DNA of 64,000 bases from Chlamydiia bacterium. GTDB lineage: Bacteria > Chlamydiota > Chlamydiia > Chlamydiales > Rhabdochlamydiaceae. The notes below the pieces were generated by a model, which saw only the letters and a program-made list of their open reading frames with translations, did no database searches and was not told where the DNA came from. Position 1 is the first letter of the stretch, and each line of letters begins with the position of its first letter. The stretch spans positions 160,001 to 224,000 of the forward strand of contig CAWDOQ010000017.1 in assembly GCA_963804085.1 (NCBI GenBank), read 5' to 3'. This document shows, piece after piece, positions 8,816 through 18,276 of this stretch. A program made the position numbers and the translations under genes.

Positions 8816-10307
8816 GATCTTTGCAATCGCGTTTAGCCCATCCCTTGCTCAAGAGGTCTGTCTTTTTGCCGGAGATGCCTCCTAAAAATTCGATCGCTTG
8901 CAAAAGTCTTGCGCGCGTGCGCTCTTTTCCTAAGATCTCTACAGATTCAAAAAGAGGCGGTCCAAAACGCTTGCCGGCAATCGCTCCGTATAAAAGCGGC
9001 ATCACCGTTTTTTTATGATTGGCTCCAAAGATTTCAGCAACATCATGAGACGCTTTTTCGATTCCCGGTTTACCCCAGTTCTCCTGCTCATCCATGCTCC
9101 AGATGCACGCTTGCAGAAGGTAGCAGGCCTTTTCTTTGGCGATCTTTCCGGGCGTAAGCAGCTCTTCTGAGTGGGGCAGGTGGTTGATGAAGAAGAAGTC
9201 GCACAGCTCCATAAATTCGCCAAAGGTCTTAATCCGTGTGTGGCAAAGAGGCATCAGCTTGTGCATGAAGGCGTCGTTAAAGCTCCAACCTTTGATGCGC
9301 TCCCATAATTTATCTTCGGGTACTTTGTTGATCAGATACTGCTGGTTCATCCACTCCAGTTTCTGCATGTCGAAGAAGGCGCCGGAGACGCCGATTCTTT
9401 TGGGATCGAAGGCGGGGATGATCTCGTCGAGTGAGTAGATCTCCTTGTCGTCCGGCATGCTATAGCCCATCAGCGTCATGAAGTTGACAAACGCTTCGGG
9501 AAGATAGCCGCTATCGCGGTAGTAGAAGATCGAGGTCGGGTTGCGTCTTTTGGAAAGCTTCTTGCCATCTTTTCCAAGCAGAAGAGGCATGTGCATAAAG
9601 GTGGGAGGCGTCCAGCCGAAGCTCTCATAGAGCATGATGTGTTTCGGTGTCGAGCTCATCCACTCATCGCCGCGGATCACGTGAGAGATCTGCATCAGAT
9701 GGTCATCGACCACGTTTGCCAGGTGATAGGTAGGAAAGCCGTCCGACTTGAGCAGAATCTGATCGTCGACATCTGCCCAAGGACAGGTGATGCGTCCTTT
9801 AATTCCATCCTCGTAAACGCACTCGCCGGTGAGAGGTACTTTTAGACGGATCACAAAGGGTTGGCCTTCGCGCTCACGTCTTTCGACCTCTTCCGCGCTG
9901 CAATTGCGGTATCTTCTGTCATAGCCTACGCGCTGACCTAGCTTTGCACTCATCTCGCGCATCTCGGCAAGCTCTTCAGGTGTCGCAAAACACTTGTATG
10001 CCTTTCCGTCGTCTAGAAGCTTTTGGCAGTATTTGCGGTAGATCTCTGTGCGCTCTGATTGGCGATACGGGCCGAAAGGTCCGCCCACATCAGGGCCCTC
10101 ATCCCAACGGATCCCTGCCCAATGCAGCGCATCGTAAATGCTCTTTTCATATTCGGGGCGCGAGCGTGTGCGATCGGTATCTTCGATCCTCAAAATAAAT
10201 TTACCCTTGAAATGGCGTGCAAATATCAAGTTGAAAAGAGCCATGTAGGCGGTCCCGACGTGGGGGTCGCCTGTGGGGGAAGGAGCAATACGGACGCGTA
10301 CGTTCAT
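8805..10307 (-). CDS. gltX: Glutamate--tRNA ligase
   Basis: [13 protein letters not shown] (HIGH-like), RIEDTD, KLSKR motifs. Confidence 0.97.
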   Translation of the reverse strand: MNVRVRIAPSPTGDPHVGTAYMALFNLIFARHFKGKFILRIEDTDRTRSRPEYEKSIYDALHWAGIRWDEGPDVGGPFGPYRQSERTEIYRKYCQKLLDDGKAYKCFATPEELAEMREMSAKLGQRVGYDRRYRNCSAEEVERREREGQPFVIRLKVPLTGECVYEDGIKGRITCPWADVDDQILLKSDGFPTYHLANVVDDHLMQISHVIRGDEWMSSTPKHIMLYESFGWTPPTFMHMPLLLGKDGKKLSKRRNPTSIFYYRDSGYLPEAFVNFMTLMGYSMPDDKEIYSLDEIIPAFDPKRIGVSGAFFDMQKLEWMNQQYLINKVPEDKLWERIKGWSFNDAFMHKLMPLCHTRIKTFGEFMELCDFFFINHLPHSEELLTPGKIAKEKACYLLQACIWSMDEQENWGKPGIEKASHDVAEIFGANHKKTVMPLLYGAIAGKRFGPPLFESVEILGKERTRARLLQAIEFLGGISGKKTDLLSKGWAKRDCKDLMV

Positions 10308-10394
10308 TTTTTCACCTAAAATTTGCTCTCATTTTTCAGGTTTTTCGGAATGATTGCAAGGGAGAACGCAGTAGATGTTAAATTTAATTTTTAG

Positions 10395-10577
10395 AAGAAC
10401 CCCTAGTGGACGAAGTGGACAGAAGAGCTGTGGACTTTAGTGGACGAGGTGGACGGGGATCTCTTCCGACTCTTCTTCTTGGCGCTGTCCACTAAAGTCC
10501 ACATCGTCCACCAAGTCCACTTAGTCCATCCTCTTCTGCGCCACTCTTCTGTCCTCTTCGTCCACTAGGGGGTTCTT
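10395..10577. repeat. Long imperfect palindrome of GTGGAC/GTCCAC units (MITE/REP-like)
   Basis: Ends aagaacccctagtggacgaag and cttcgtccactagggggttctt are inverted; GTGGAC recurs in the left half and GTCCAC in the right half. Confidence 0.8.
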
Positions 10578-11560
10578 TCGAGAAGAGCTTTAAACCAAGA
10601 CACAATGGACGTCCACACATTCCAAAAGGCTTCGGAGAAGCTCTCCCAGCAGGTGGGAGGGACAAACGCCTCTTCGGGTAGGTAGAATAACTCTTTATCA
10701 ATGGCTGCAATTCCTGTTTTGCGTAGCGCATGAGGGATGCACGTGAAAGAGTTCCATCCCGCGCTGAATTCGGTGAGTGCTTTAAGTCCCTCAAGTTCTA
10801 CCGGAAGAGAGGTGAGTTTATTGTGATTGATCCAAAGCTTCTCTAGTCGCGTTAGTTGTCCAATCTCAGGAGGGAGAAAAGTGAGCTTATTTTTCTGCAG
10901 TCCGAGGAATCGAAGTTGCGTTAACTTGCCAATGCAAGAGGGTAAAAAAGAGAGCTTATTATCAGCGAGATCAAGGTGTGTCACGCTTGAAAAATAGGTG
11001 ATTTCTGGCGAAAGAAAAAAAAGGCAGCAACCTACTGGTGCAAGCCAACCGTGATCTCTTGCATCACCATCTTTTACAGCAGATGCATGTGTTGGTAGCC
11101 ACCGGCGGATCTCTTCTGCCTTTTCTACGCTATCCGAATTAGCTTTTTTTAAAATATTGTTGGCAAAAGAGATAATGCTCTCGCCATGAATATTCTTAGT
11201 GGCTATGCGAGTCAACTGACAGAGATCCTGAGTTACATACTCTGCAATTTGCGCTAAGTAAGGCGGATGAAGAGTAGAGCTAGGAAGTAGCGCTCCTCTT
11301 CCGTCTGCTTCTCCGGAGGCATCTTTTAATACGCCTCTTACAACACCGGCTGCGCGCTCCACGTAAGCGCTCTCATCCGGATGTGCGGCTTTTGCGCGAG
11401 CGACATAAAGCTTGAGATCGGGTTCTTTCTCGTAGCCTTGAAAGAGCAATGCAGAAACATTCAGCCGCCAGCCTCTGGAGGTCTGCATCAGGACATGCGG
11501 ACGCTCTGTGAACTCGGCAATGAACTTGTGAAGGCTATTATTTAATTTTGAAATCGTCAT
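10565..11560 (-). CDS. Leucine-rich repeat protein (candidate effector)
   Basis: Repeats LxxLxLxxNKLxxLPxxIGxL in the C-terminal third. Confidence 0.88.
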   Translation of the reverse strand: MTISKLNNSLHKFIAEFTERPHVLMQTSRGWRLNVSALLFQGYEKEPDLKLYVARAKAAHPDESAYVERAAGVVRGVLKDASGEADGRGALLPSSTLHPPYLAQIAEYVTQDLCQLTRIATKNIHGESIISFANNILKKANSDSVEKAEEIRRWLPTHASAVKDGDARDHGWLAPVGCCLFFLSPEITYFSSVTHLDLADNKLSFLPSCIGKLTQLRFLGLQKNKLTFLPPEIGQLTRLEKLWINHNKLTSLPVELEGLKALTEFSAGWNSFTCIPHALRKTGIAAIDKELFYLPEEAFVPPTCWESFSEAFWNVWTSIVSWFKALLERTP

Positions 11561-11595
11561 AACAATTAATTTGCTATAACGATAACAGATGGTTA

Positions 11596-13530
11596 TTATT
11601 TATGCATTAGAAAGATTAAGTCTTTCATAACGTTAACAGTTTCATCTAATTGAAGGTCAGACTGACCAAAGATCTCAGAAGGATCGGAAAGAGGCGCATC
11701 TTTTTTGCCGATCTCTTTTAAAAAATTTTGATAGTTTTTGTTGCTCTCCATGCGTGCGTGGGAGTTCAAACGCAATGTGGAAAGAAAGGGCTGGTAGGTG
11801 GCCATTATCTGTTGCAGATTGAACTTATAGAGACGCGCGATCTGGCTGCGATGAGAGGGCGGAATGTCGGAGAGATCGTCTTCGAAGCTCGCAGGGATCT
11901 GGTCATTGCCGAGTGGAAACTTTGCGAACTTCTCGCCGATATCAAGCTGAGAGTAGGCGCCGGGAACCACAATGTCTGTCTCAACGCCAGTCAGCTGCGG
12001 GCTTTTTCCGGAAACGGTGTAGTACCTTCCGCGCGTCACTTTAAACTCGCCTTTAGGATTCACCTTGCCGTAGTTAGCGGCTTCCAAAGTGAATGTCTGG
12101 AAAGTGCCTTTTCCATAGGTGAATGGATCGCCGACTAGAAGTGCTCTGCCATAATCTTGCAGCGTTTGCGCGACGATCTCTGCAGCGGATGCGCTAGTCT
12201 TGTTGGTAAGCACGAGAAGGGGGCCATCCCAAGCGATCTTGGTTTCAATATTACGCAAACGCTGGATGAATCCTGTGTTGTCCTTCACAGAGACCACAAC
12301 CCCTTTGTTGATAAAGAGGCCGGTGACTGTGACTGCTTGAGGGAGAAGCCCTCCCGCGTTATTACGTAGGTCTAAGATAATGCCTTTAAGATTGTGCTCT
12401 TTCTTTAACGTTTCGATCGCTTTGGCAAGATCACCCGAAGAAGAGGAGTTGGAATCTTGATAAAAAGAGAAGAGATGGAGGACGCCGATCACTCCATCGC
12501 CATAGGGCTCAAAATGGGTCTCTAGACGTGTCTCTTTTAAGACCACTTCGCCACGGACGATCTCGATTTCGAGCTTTTCCTCGTCTTTTTTCTCCCCTTC
12601 GCCGGTCGTCCTTAAAACCGTCAGATGGACGGGGGAGCCTTGCTGGCCGCGGATAAGCTCGACCGCTTCTGTGATATCGAGGCCTACGACCGGCTCCTTA
12701 TCTACAGCTATAATACGGTCGCCAACTTTAAGTTTATTACCCTTGCTGGCAGGACCCTCATCTAGGAGGCGCATGATGGTAAAACCGCTTAAATCGTCCC
12801 TGAGCTGAGCTCCAATACCGAAGAGCCGCTGCTGGACCTGGATCATGAACTGGTTGGCTTCTGCAGGGGTAAAATAGGCTGTTTGCGAGTCTAAGGCACT
12901 ACTAGTAGCCTTTAGTACATAAGATAGGATTAACTTAAGCCTGTCCCCTTTGGAAGAGGGTACAAGCTCGCTCTCTCTATTGAGCCTTCTTTTAGTCATC
13001 CTTTGGAGGAATTGGTCTCGTGTCTCCTGGTCGAGCTTATCGGCGGTTTCTACTTGAACCGCTTTAATTCGAACCAGACGCTCTAATAGCTCTTCTTCCG
13101 TCTTTGCCCATGCAAGGTCTTTAAATTCAGATGGTTGCACACCTTTTGGGGAAGGGATTTTTTCGACCTCTTTCTCCAAAACAGCACGTCTTTCAATGGC
13201 TCCGATCAGCTTATTATGGATCTCTTCAAAGACGGAAAAGTCCTCTTTTTTATACCCAGCAAGAGCGCTTACAAGAAGCTCTTCGGAGGGGGATGACCAC
13301 TTAAGTATCTCAGGCTCAGTAAAATACGTTTTTGCGGGGTCGAGCTCTTCTAAATAATTAACAAGAGCGCGCCCTACAAGCTCGGCATTTAATTCTTGAT
13401 GGGAGACGTGCGCCTTTAAGATCTCCTCGATTTTAACCCGGGTGTCATGGGGGGAAAGGGAGGGGGGTTTAGCTCCCCAGAGGAGGGGGGTAAGAGCAAA
13501 TAGGACGAAAAAAAGCAGTCTCTTGAGCAT
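11596..13530 (-). CDS. tsp: Tail-specific (S41) protease with PDZ domain
   Basis: GIGAQL (PDZ), LDLRNNAGG, SASAAEI, TYGKGT; signal peptide. Confidence 0.93.
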   Translation of the reverse strand: MLKRLLFFVLFALTPLLWGAKPPSLSPHDTRVKIEEILKAHVSHQELNAELVGRALVNYLEELDPAKTYFTEPEILKWSSPSEELLVSALAGYKKEDFSVFEEIHNKLIGAIERRAVLEKEVEKIPSPKGVQPSEFKDLAWAKTEEELLERLVRIKAVQVETADKLDQETRDQFLQRMTKRRLNRESELVPSSKGDRLKLILSYVLKATSSALDSQTAYFTPAEANQFMIQVQQRLFGIGAQLRDDLSGFTIMRLLDEGPASKGNKLKVGDRIIAVDKEPVVGLDITEAVELIRGQQGSPVHLTVLRTTGEGEKKDEEKLEIEIVRGEVVLKETRLETHFEPYGDGVIGVLHLFSFYQDSNSSSSGDLAKAIETLKKEHNLKGIILDLRNNAGGLLPQAVTVTGLFINKGVVVSVKDNTGFIQRLRNIETKIAWDGPLLVLTNKTSASAAEIVAQTLQDYGRALLVGDPFTYGKGTFQTFTLEAANYGKVNPKGEFKVTRGRYYTVSGKSPQLTGVETDIVVPGAYSQLDIGEKFAKFPLGNDQIPASFEDDLSDIPPSHRSQIARLYKFNLQQIMATYQPFLSTLRLNSHARMESNKNYQNFLKEIGKKDAPLSDPSEIFGQSDLQLDETVNVMKDLIFLMHK

Positions 13531-13827
13531 ATATTTGTCTTGGGGTATTTAGCCGTAGCTTACAGCAAATCAAAAGTTTATGGCCATTAAAAAAAAGGTT
13601 TTTACGCTTCTGACCCCCGAAATTTAACTGAAAAATTTGGATTCGCTGTTGATATCAAATGCTTTTCTATGTCATAATTATTAATCACTTAATACAAGCG
13701 TTGTCATAATAATAAAAAACACGCTCTTTTGAGCTTAGAAAGAAATGCAAAAACCGGCTCCTGCTGAAGTGGCAGATAGCCATGATTGACAAAATGTTAC
13801 TTATTTGATTTTAGGAGGAAATAGAAA

Positions 13828-14292
13828 ATGAATATGGATAATGATGGAACACAGGAAGCTAGGTGCGAGATTGTGGACAATCCTTCGCCTAACAAGAAAG
13901 TTGTTTCTATAACAGAAGCGGCGAGGATCAATAATGTCACGCGTCAAGCTATCTATGTTGCTATTAAGCAAAAAAAGCTTAAAGCTTCAAAAGATACGAC
14001 ACGCTGGACGATCCATCTGGATGATTTAGAAAACTACCGTAGACTAAAATATTCCAGAACTAAATCGATGTTTAATGGAGAGCTCTTATTTGATAATCTC
14101 AAAGGGTTCTACTCTGTTAACCAAGCTGCGAAAATATTGGGCGTTCCTGCTCAGAAGATCTACTACGCAACACGCGTAGGTCTTCTCAAGGCCGTCCGTA
14201 AGGGAGCTGCTTGGGTCATTCACTCGAATGACATCAAACAATACCAAGAAAATTACCTCAATAAAAAGACACAGAACTTCGAAGTTATGTAA
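13828..14292 (+). CDS. euo: Chlamydial EUO transcriptional repressor (tandem HTH)
   Basis: SITEAARINNVTRQAIYVAIKQKKLKA and YSVNQAAKILGVPAQKIYYATR; located beside recJ as in chlamydiae. Confidence 0.92.
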   Translation: MNMDNDGTQEARCEIVDNPSPNKKVVSITEAARINNVTRQAIYVAIKQKKLKASKDTTRWTIHLDDLENYRRLKYSRTKSMFNGELLFDNLKGFYSVNQAAKILGVPAQKIYYATRVGLLKAVRKGAAWVIHSNDIKQYQENYLNKKTQNFEVM

Positions 14293-14295
14293 ATA

Positions 14296-14322
14296 GGTCG
14301 ATCTTAGGATCGACCCGTTTTT
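14296..14322 (+). terminator. Intrinsic terminator after euo
   Basis: ggtcgatc-ttag-gatcgacc hairpin followed by a T run. Confidence 0.7.
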
Positions 14323-14364
14323 TGTCTTTTTAGTAAGGAGGGCATTTTCGTGCGCGTATTTTAG

Positions 14365-14400
14365 AATCACCCGATCTTGATCGGGTGATTTTTTGTTTTT
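14365..14400 (+). terminator. Second hairpin/terminator between euo and recJ
   Basis: aatcacccgatc-tt-gatcgggtgatt perfect 12-bp stem followed by T runs. Confidence 0.6.
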
Positions 14401-14410
14401 ACGCTTTTCT

Positions 14411-14518
14411 CCTTCTTCAACGTGCCCTTGCCCCTGCCCTTGCCTTTGCCCGATCCGGATTAATTCGGGCAAGGGCACGGGCAAGGGCAGGGGCAGGGGC
14501 AGGGGCAAGTGAAGAAGG
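14411..14518. repeat. Hexamer-arm palindromic element, copy A
   Basis: (nTGCCC)n - gatccggattaattc - (GGGCAn)n, with ccttcttc/gaagaagg outer ends. Confidence 0.85.
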
Positions 14519-14520
14519 CG

Positions 14521-16326
14521 CTACGCTTTTATTTTGAAGTCTCTGATCTGCAACTGAATGCTAGATTTATTCAGGAAGGTATTCACATGCGGAGTAAAGG
14601 CGATATGCAGCGTAAGGTTCTTTTTACAGAGCATGGCACGCTTGTCTGCCATGTTGAAGGCTATCCCTTCCAGCAAACGATCATTCTGCTCCAAATAGAG
14701 CTTTAAATGGGTTTTTCCGACCACTTTGGGAGGCCAGCACTGCTTGGCATCACAGTAGAGTATGGGTGCGGGATTCTCGTTACCAAAGGGTTCTAAAAGG
14801 CTGAGCGACTCCAAGAAGTCAAAGGTAAGCTCTCCGAAATGCACTTTTGCATCTAAGTGGAGTTTAGGTACTACATCGTTGTCTTTGAGCTGTTCTTGAG
14901 CTGCACGGATGAACCGTTCTTTGAATGCCTCGATATTCTCTTTTTTAATGGTCAGGCCTGCCGCAAAATCGTGGCCCCCAAAGTTGATAAGCAGGTCTGC
15001 ATTTTCACGCAAAATAGGAAGAAGAGGGAATTCGCGGATAGTGCGCATGGAGCCTTTGCCTATGCCATCTTCGATAGCGATCACGATTGTCGGACGGTTG
15101 TACTGTTTGGCGATGCGTGCCGTGATGATAGGAATGATGCCGGGATGCCACTTCTCCGAGTAGAGTACGATCGCTTTTTTGCTCAGAATATTTGGATGTT
15201 TTAGGATGTACTCTTCAACATCTTCAGAGTCTCTTCTTTCGATCTTTTGTCTTTCTATGTTGTTTAAGTCGAGCTCTTTTGCAAGGTTTTCTGCTGCCAC
15301 GGGATCGCGGATGAGAAGGAGTTCTACGCCTTTTTTGGGATCGGCAATTCGGCCCAAGCTATTTAGACGCGGCGCCACTTTGGAAGCGATATCAACGGGT
15401 GTGATCTCTCCTAGCTTTAACTCGCAGACAGCAAAGAGTTTGCTAAGACCGATACGCTTTGTTTTGCGCAGTTGTTTTAGCCCGTAACGCACTAGAATAC
15501 GGTTTTCTCCTCGCAGAGATCCCATATCGGCGATCGTGCCTAAAGCGACCAGGTCTAAGTAGCGTTTGAGGTCGACCTTAGTTGCGCTGATCTCACCATT
15601 TGCGATGAGCTGGTTTGTAAGGGCATGTGCTAATTTAAAAACGACGCCAACTCCCGTAAGCTCGCGGTTTGGGTAGGTGCTCCCTTTGAGTTTGGGGTTT
15701 AAAGTGGCGACGCAGTGTGGTAGCTGATCCGTTGGCTCATGGTGATCGGTGATGATCACATCGACATTTTGTTTCACACACTCTTTGATCTCATCGGCAG
15801 AGGTGATGCCGCAGTCGGCGGTGATCAAGAGAGTGCAGCCCTGTTTGATCGCATAGTCTAATGCATCGAGCATGAGGCTGTTTTTGAGCGATGTGCGATT
15901 GGGCACTAAAAAGAAGACCTTTGCCCCGATGAACTCTAAAAATTCTGTGAGAAGCGAGGCGGCGCTAATCCCATCTACATCGTTATCTCCATAGACGAGG
16001 ATCGCCTCACCACTTTTAATGGCGGATAAAACGCGATCAGTCGCTTTTGTCATCTCTGGAAAGAGGTGCGGATCTAGCAAATTTGGCAATTTTGCATAGA
16101 GATAATCGTGGATCTCATCTAGGTTGTCGAATCCCCTAGAAGCAAGCACTTGAGCGGTTACAGGATGAATGCTAAATTCGCTAATAATCGCTTGAACCCA
16201 TTCTGCATCCGTTTCCGGATATACCCAGAGAGGTTCTCGGTAAATCTGTGGTAGCGCTTTACGTGGCTTTGCACCCTTTTCATCCTCCGCTGATGCCCTA
16301 TGTTTTTCTACATCAGAGGTTCCCAT
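14521..16326 (-). CDS. recJ: Single-stranded DNA exonuclease RecJ
   Basis: YGDNDVDG, ITADCG, TDHH, LGTIAD, GGHDFAAG, LEPFG.ENP. Confidence 0.96.
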   Translation of the reverse strand: MGTSDVEKHRASAEDEKGAKPRKALPQIYREPLWVYPETDAEWVQAIISEFSIHPVTAQVLASRGFDNLDEIHDYLYAKLPNLLDPHLFPEMTKATDRVLSAIKSGEAILVYGDNDVDGISAASLLTEFLEFIGAKVFFLVPNRTSLKNSLMLDALDYAIKQGCTLLITADCGITSADEIKECVKQNVDVIITDHHEPTDQLPHCVATLNPKLKGSTYPNRELTGVGVVFKLAHALTNQLIANGEISATKVDLKRYLDLVALGTIADMGSLRGENRILVRYGLKQLRKTKRIGLSKLFAVCELKLGEITPVDIASKVAPRLNSLGRIADPKKGVELLLIRDPVAAENLAKELDLNNIERQKIERRDSEDVEEYILKHPNILSKKAIVLYSEKWHPGIIPIITARIAKQYNRPTIVIAIEDGIGKGSMRTIREFPLLPILRENADLLINFGGHDFAAGLTIKKENIEAFKERFIRAAQEQLKDNDVVPKLHLDAKVHFGELTFDFLESLSLLEPFGNENPAPILYCDAKQCWPPKVVGKTHLKLYLEQNDRLLEGIAFNMADKRAMLCKKNLTLHIAFTPHVNTFLNKSSIQLQIRDFKIKA

Positions 16327-16396
16327 TGGCAATAAATCTTTTTTTTAACTTATCGGGATTATAGCAGGGGGTGGAATTACCTACACATCTCTTTTT

Positions 16397-16453
16397 AACG
16401 TGCCCGTGCCCCCTGCCCGTGCCCGATCCGGATTAATTTGGAAACGGACACGT
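16397..16453. repeat. Hexamer-arm palindromic element, copy B
   Basis: aacgtgcccgtgccccctgcccgtgcccgatccggattaatt...cacgt; same core as copy A. Confidence 0.8.
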
Positions 16454-16535
16454 ATAATTTATTCTTCCTGAGTGAGAATTTCGTTGATTTCACTGTTGAA
16501 ATAATAATATTAAGACAGATCAACCGGAGTGCAAC

Positions 16536-17768
16536 ATGATCTCTCTTTCCTCTTTTCAATGGAAGATCTTGACGCTTGTCGGCCTCATCACAATTCTTAA
16601 CTATATTGACAGAAGTTCGATCTCTTTTGCTATTCAGCCGATTAAAATTTCCTTTGGAATTGACAATGCTGAGTTTGGTGTTATTGCAGCTGCATTTGGA
16701 TTGGGGTACATTTTGATGGCCATCTATGGAGGGATTCTAGTCGACAAATTTGGTACAGTCGGGCTCTGGGCAGTTGCCGCAGCTGCATGGTCTGTGATAA
16801 CTATGCTAATGGGATTGGCTGAAGGCTTCTGGTCATTTTTCTGGCTTAGAATCTTGTTAGGAATTGGAGAAGGGGTTCACTTTCCTGCTTTATTAAAAAC
16901 TGTCACAAATTGGCTTCCTCCTTCTTCTCGAGCACGCGCCATTTCTATCAGTCTATCGGGAGTGCCATTTGCATCAATCGTCGGGGCCCCACTTACGACC
17001 TATTTGATCGCTTACTTTGGCTGGCAAGCGATGTTTGTCATTCTAGGTAGCTTAGGGGTTATTTGGGCAATCGCATGGTTAATCCTTTTTCGCAAACATC
17101 CCCAAGCTCTCTTTTCTTCGAATAAGATCGAAATGCCTTTGAAAAAGGAGATACCTTGGAAAGCCCTTCTGTGCAATCGCTCGCTGCTGCTTGCTGGTGC
17201 AGTCTATTTTGCTTTTGGATATACCATCGCCTTTGCTCTCTTGTGGCTTCCCGGCTATTTACAGCAAATGTTTGCAGCATCGATTTTAAGCACGGGATAT
17301 TTAGTCCTTCCTCCCTGGATTGCTGCTGCCATTTTTTTGCTTTTCGGGGGTTGGCTCTCCGACTATTTGCTGAAACGTACAAAATCTTTACGGCTTGCAC
17401 GTAGTAGCGTTATGGGAGTCAGCCTGCTCCTGTCCGGATTCTCTTTTCTAGCACTCGCCTTTTCGAATGAGCTTTCAACTTCACTTATTTGGATGACATT
17501 GGGCCTTGGGATTATTTATCTTCTAAACGCTCCCGTCTTTGCTCTGGTTGGAGATCTATTTAAACCTTTCGCAGGAACAGTGCTGGGTATTTTAAGTGCC
17601 GCAGCTACAGTGGCAGGGATCATCTCACCTGCCCTAACCGGATGGTTGGTGCAAAGTACAGGGAGCTTTCAAAGCGCCTTTTTTCTTGCCGCTGCGCTTT
17701 CTATCACGGTTGGAAGCATGCAGCTCTTGTTTCACAATCCTGACAAGGAAAAGCAAAAGTTTTTATGA
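16536..17768 (+). CDS. MFS transporter (anion:cation symporter-like)
   Basis: LNYIDRSSIS, GGILVDKFG, RILLGIGEG, GGWLSD motifs. Confidence 0.88.
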   Translation: MISLSSFQWKILTLVGLITILNYIDRSSISFAIQPIKISFGIDNAEFGVIAAAFGLGYILMAIYGGILVDKFGTVGLWAVAAAAWSVITMLMGLAEGFWSFFWLRILLGIGEGVHFPALLKTVTNWLPPSSRARAISISLSGVPFASIVGAPLTTYLIAYFGWQAMFVILGSLGVIWAIAWLILFRKHPQALFSSNKIEMPLKKEIPWKALLCNRSLLLAGAVYFAFGYTIAFALLWLPGYLQQMFAASILSTGYLVLPPWIAAAIFLLFGGWLSDYLLKRTKSLRLARSSVMGVSLLLSGFSFLALAFSNELSTSLIWMTLGLGIIYLLNAPVFALVGDLFKPFAGTVLGILSAAATVAGIISPALTGWLVQSTGSFQSAFFLAAALSITVGSMQLLFHNPDKEKQKFL

Positions 17769-17784
17769 GTATTGGGCGCTTTGT

Positions 17785-17834
17785 AACGTGCACGTGCCCG
17801 AAATTAATCCGGATCGGGCACGGGCACGCACGCG
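17785..17834. repeat. Hexamer-arm palindromic element, copy C (left part; inverted; interrupted by IS66)
   Basis: aacgtgcacgtgcccgaaattaatccggatcgggcacgggcacgcacgcg; the arm resumes at 19833. Confidence 0.8.
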
Positions 17835-17909
17835 GTAAGCGTCAAATGAGGCCATATTTTTTCAAGTAGCCGGCTTTTGTAAGATGATTCCTTTTATTCA
17901 AGGAGTCAT

Positions 17910-18242
17910 ATGCTCGCTATCCCTGAACATGCTTTCATCTATCTCTGCGGTATTCCTGTAGACCTAAGAAAAGGCTTCGAGGGCCTGGGTGCCATTTCTA
18001 CTTCTCTAGTCAATGAGATTCCACCCGAAGCATATTTTATTTTTCTGAACCGCAAGCGTAATCGTGTAAAGATACTCCATTGGACATCGCATAATTTGTC
18101 TTACTGGTTTGTCCGATCAAGAAAAGGTGTTTTCGCACCTAAATGCTTTACGACCTCGACGATTTCTTGTTCCGATCTCGAAATGATTTTGCATGGCAAT
18201 TTCCCAGAGCATTTGCGCACAAAAAAAATTAAAAAAATGTAG
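17910..18242 (+). CDS. tnpB: IS66 accessory protein TnpB (Orf2)
   Basis: PVDLRKGFEGL...FIFLNRKRNRVKILHW. Confidence 0.9.
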   Translation: MLAIPEHAFIYLCGIPVDLRKGFEGLGAISTSLVNEIPPEAYFIFLNRKRNRVKILHWTSHNLSYWFVRSRKGVFAPKCFTTSTISCSDLEMILHGNFPEHLRTKKIKKM

Positions 18243-18276
18243 GATTTAATGCGGAAATTATGCTAACGTTCTGATC

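Noticed and set aside
10395..10577. Possible CRISPR array
   Set aside because: Units are 6-9 bp and inverted between the halves; there are no ~30-bp repeats with unique spacers and no cas genes
14086..14508. ORF starting MPLPLPLPLPVPLPE
   Set aside because: Translation of the hexamer palindrome, running antisense to euo
17910..18242. RNA-guided TnpB nuclease
   Set aside because: This is the 110-aa IS66 accessory TnpB, unrelated to IS200/IS605 TnpB; no RuvC motifs
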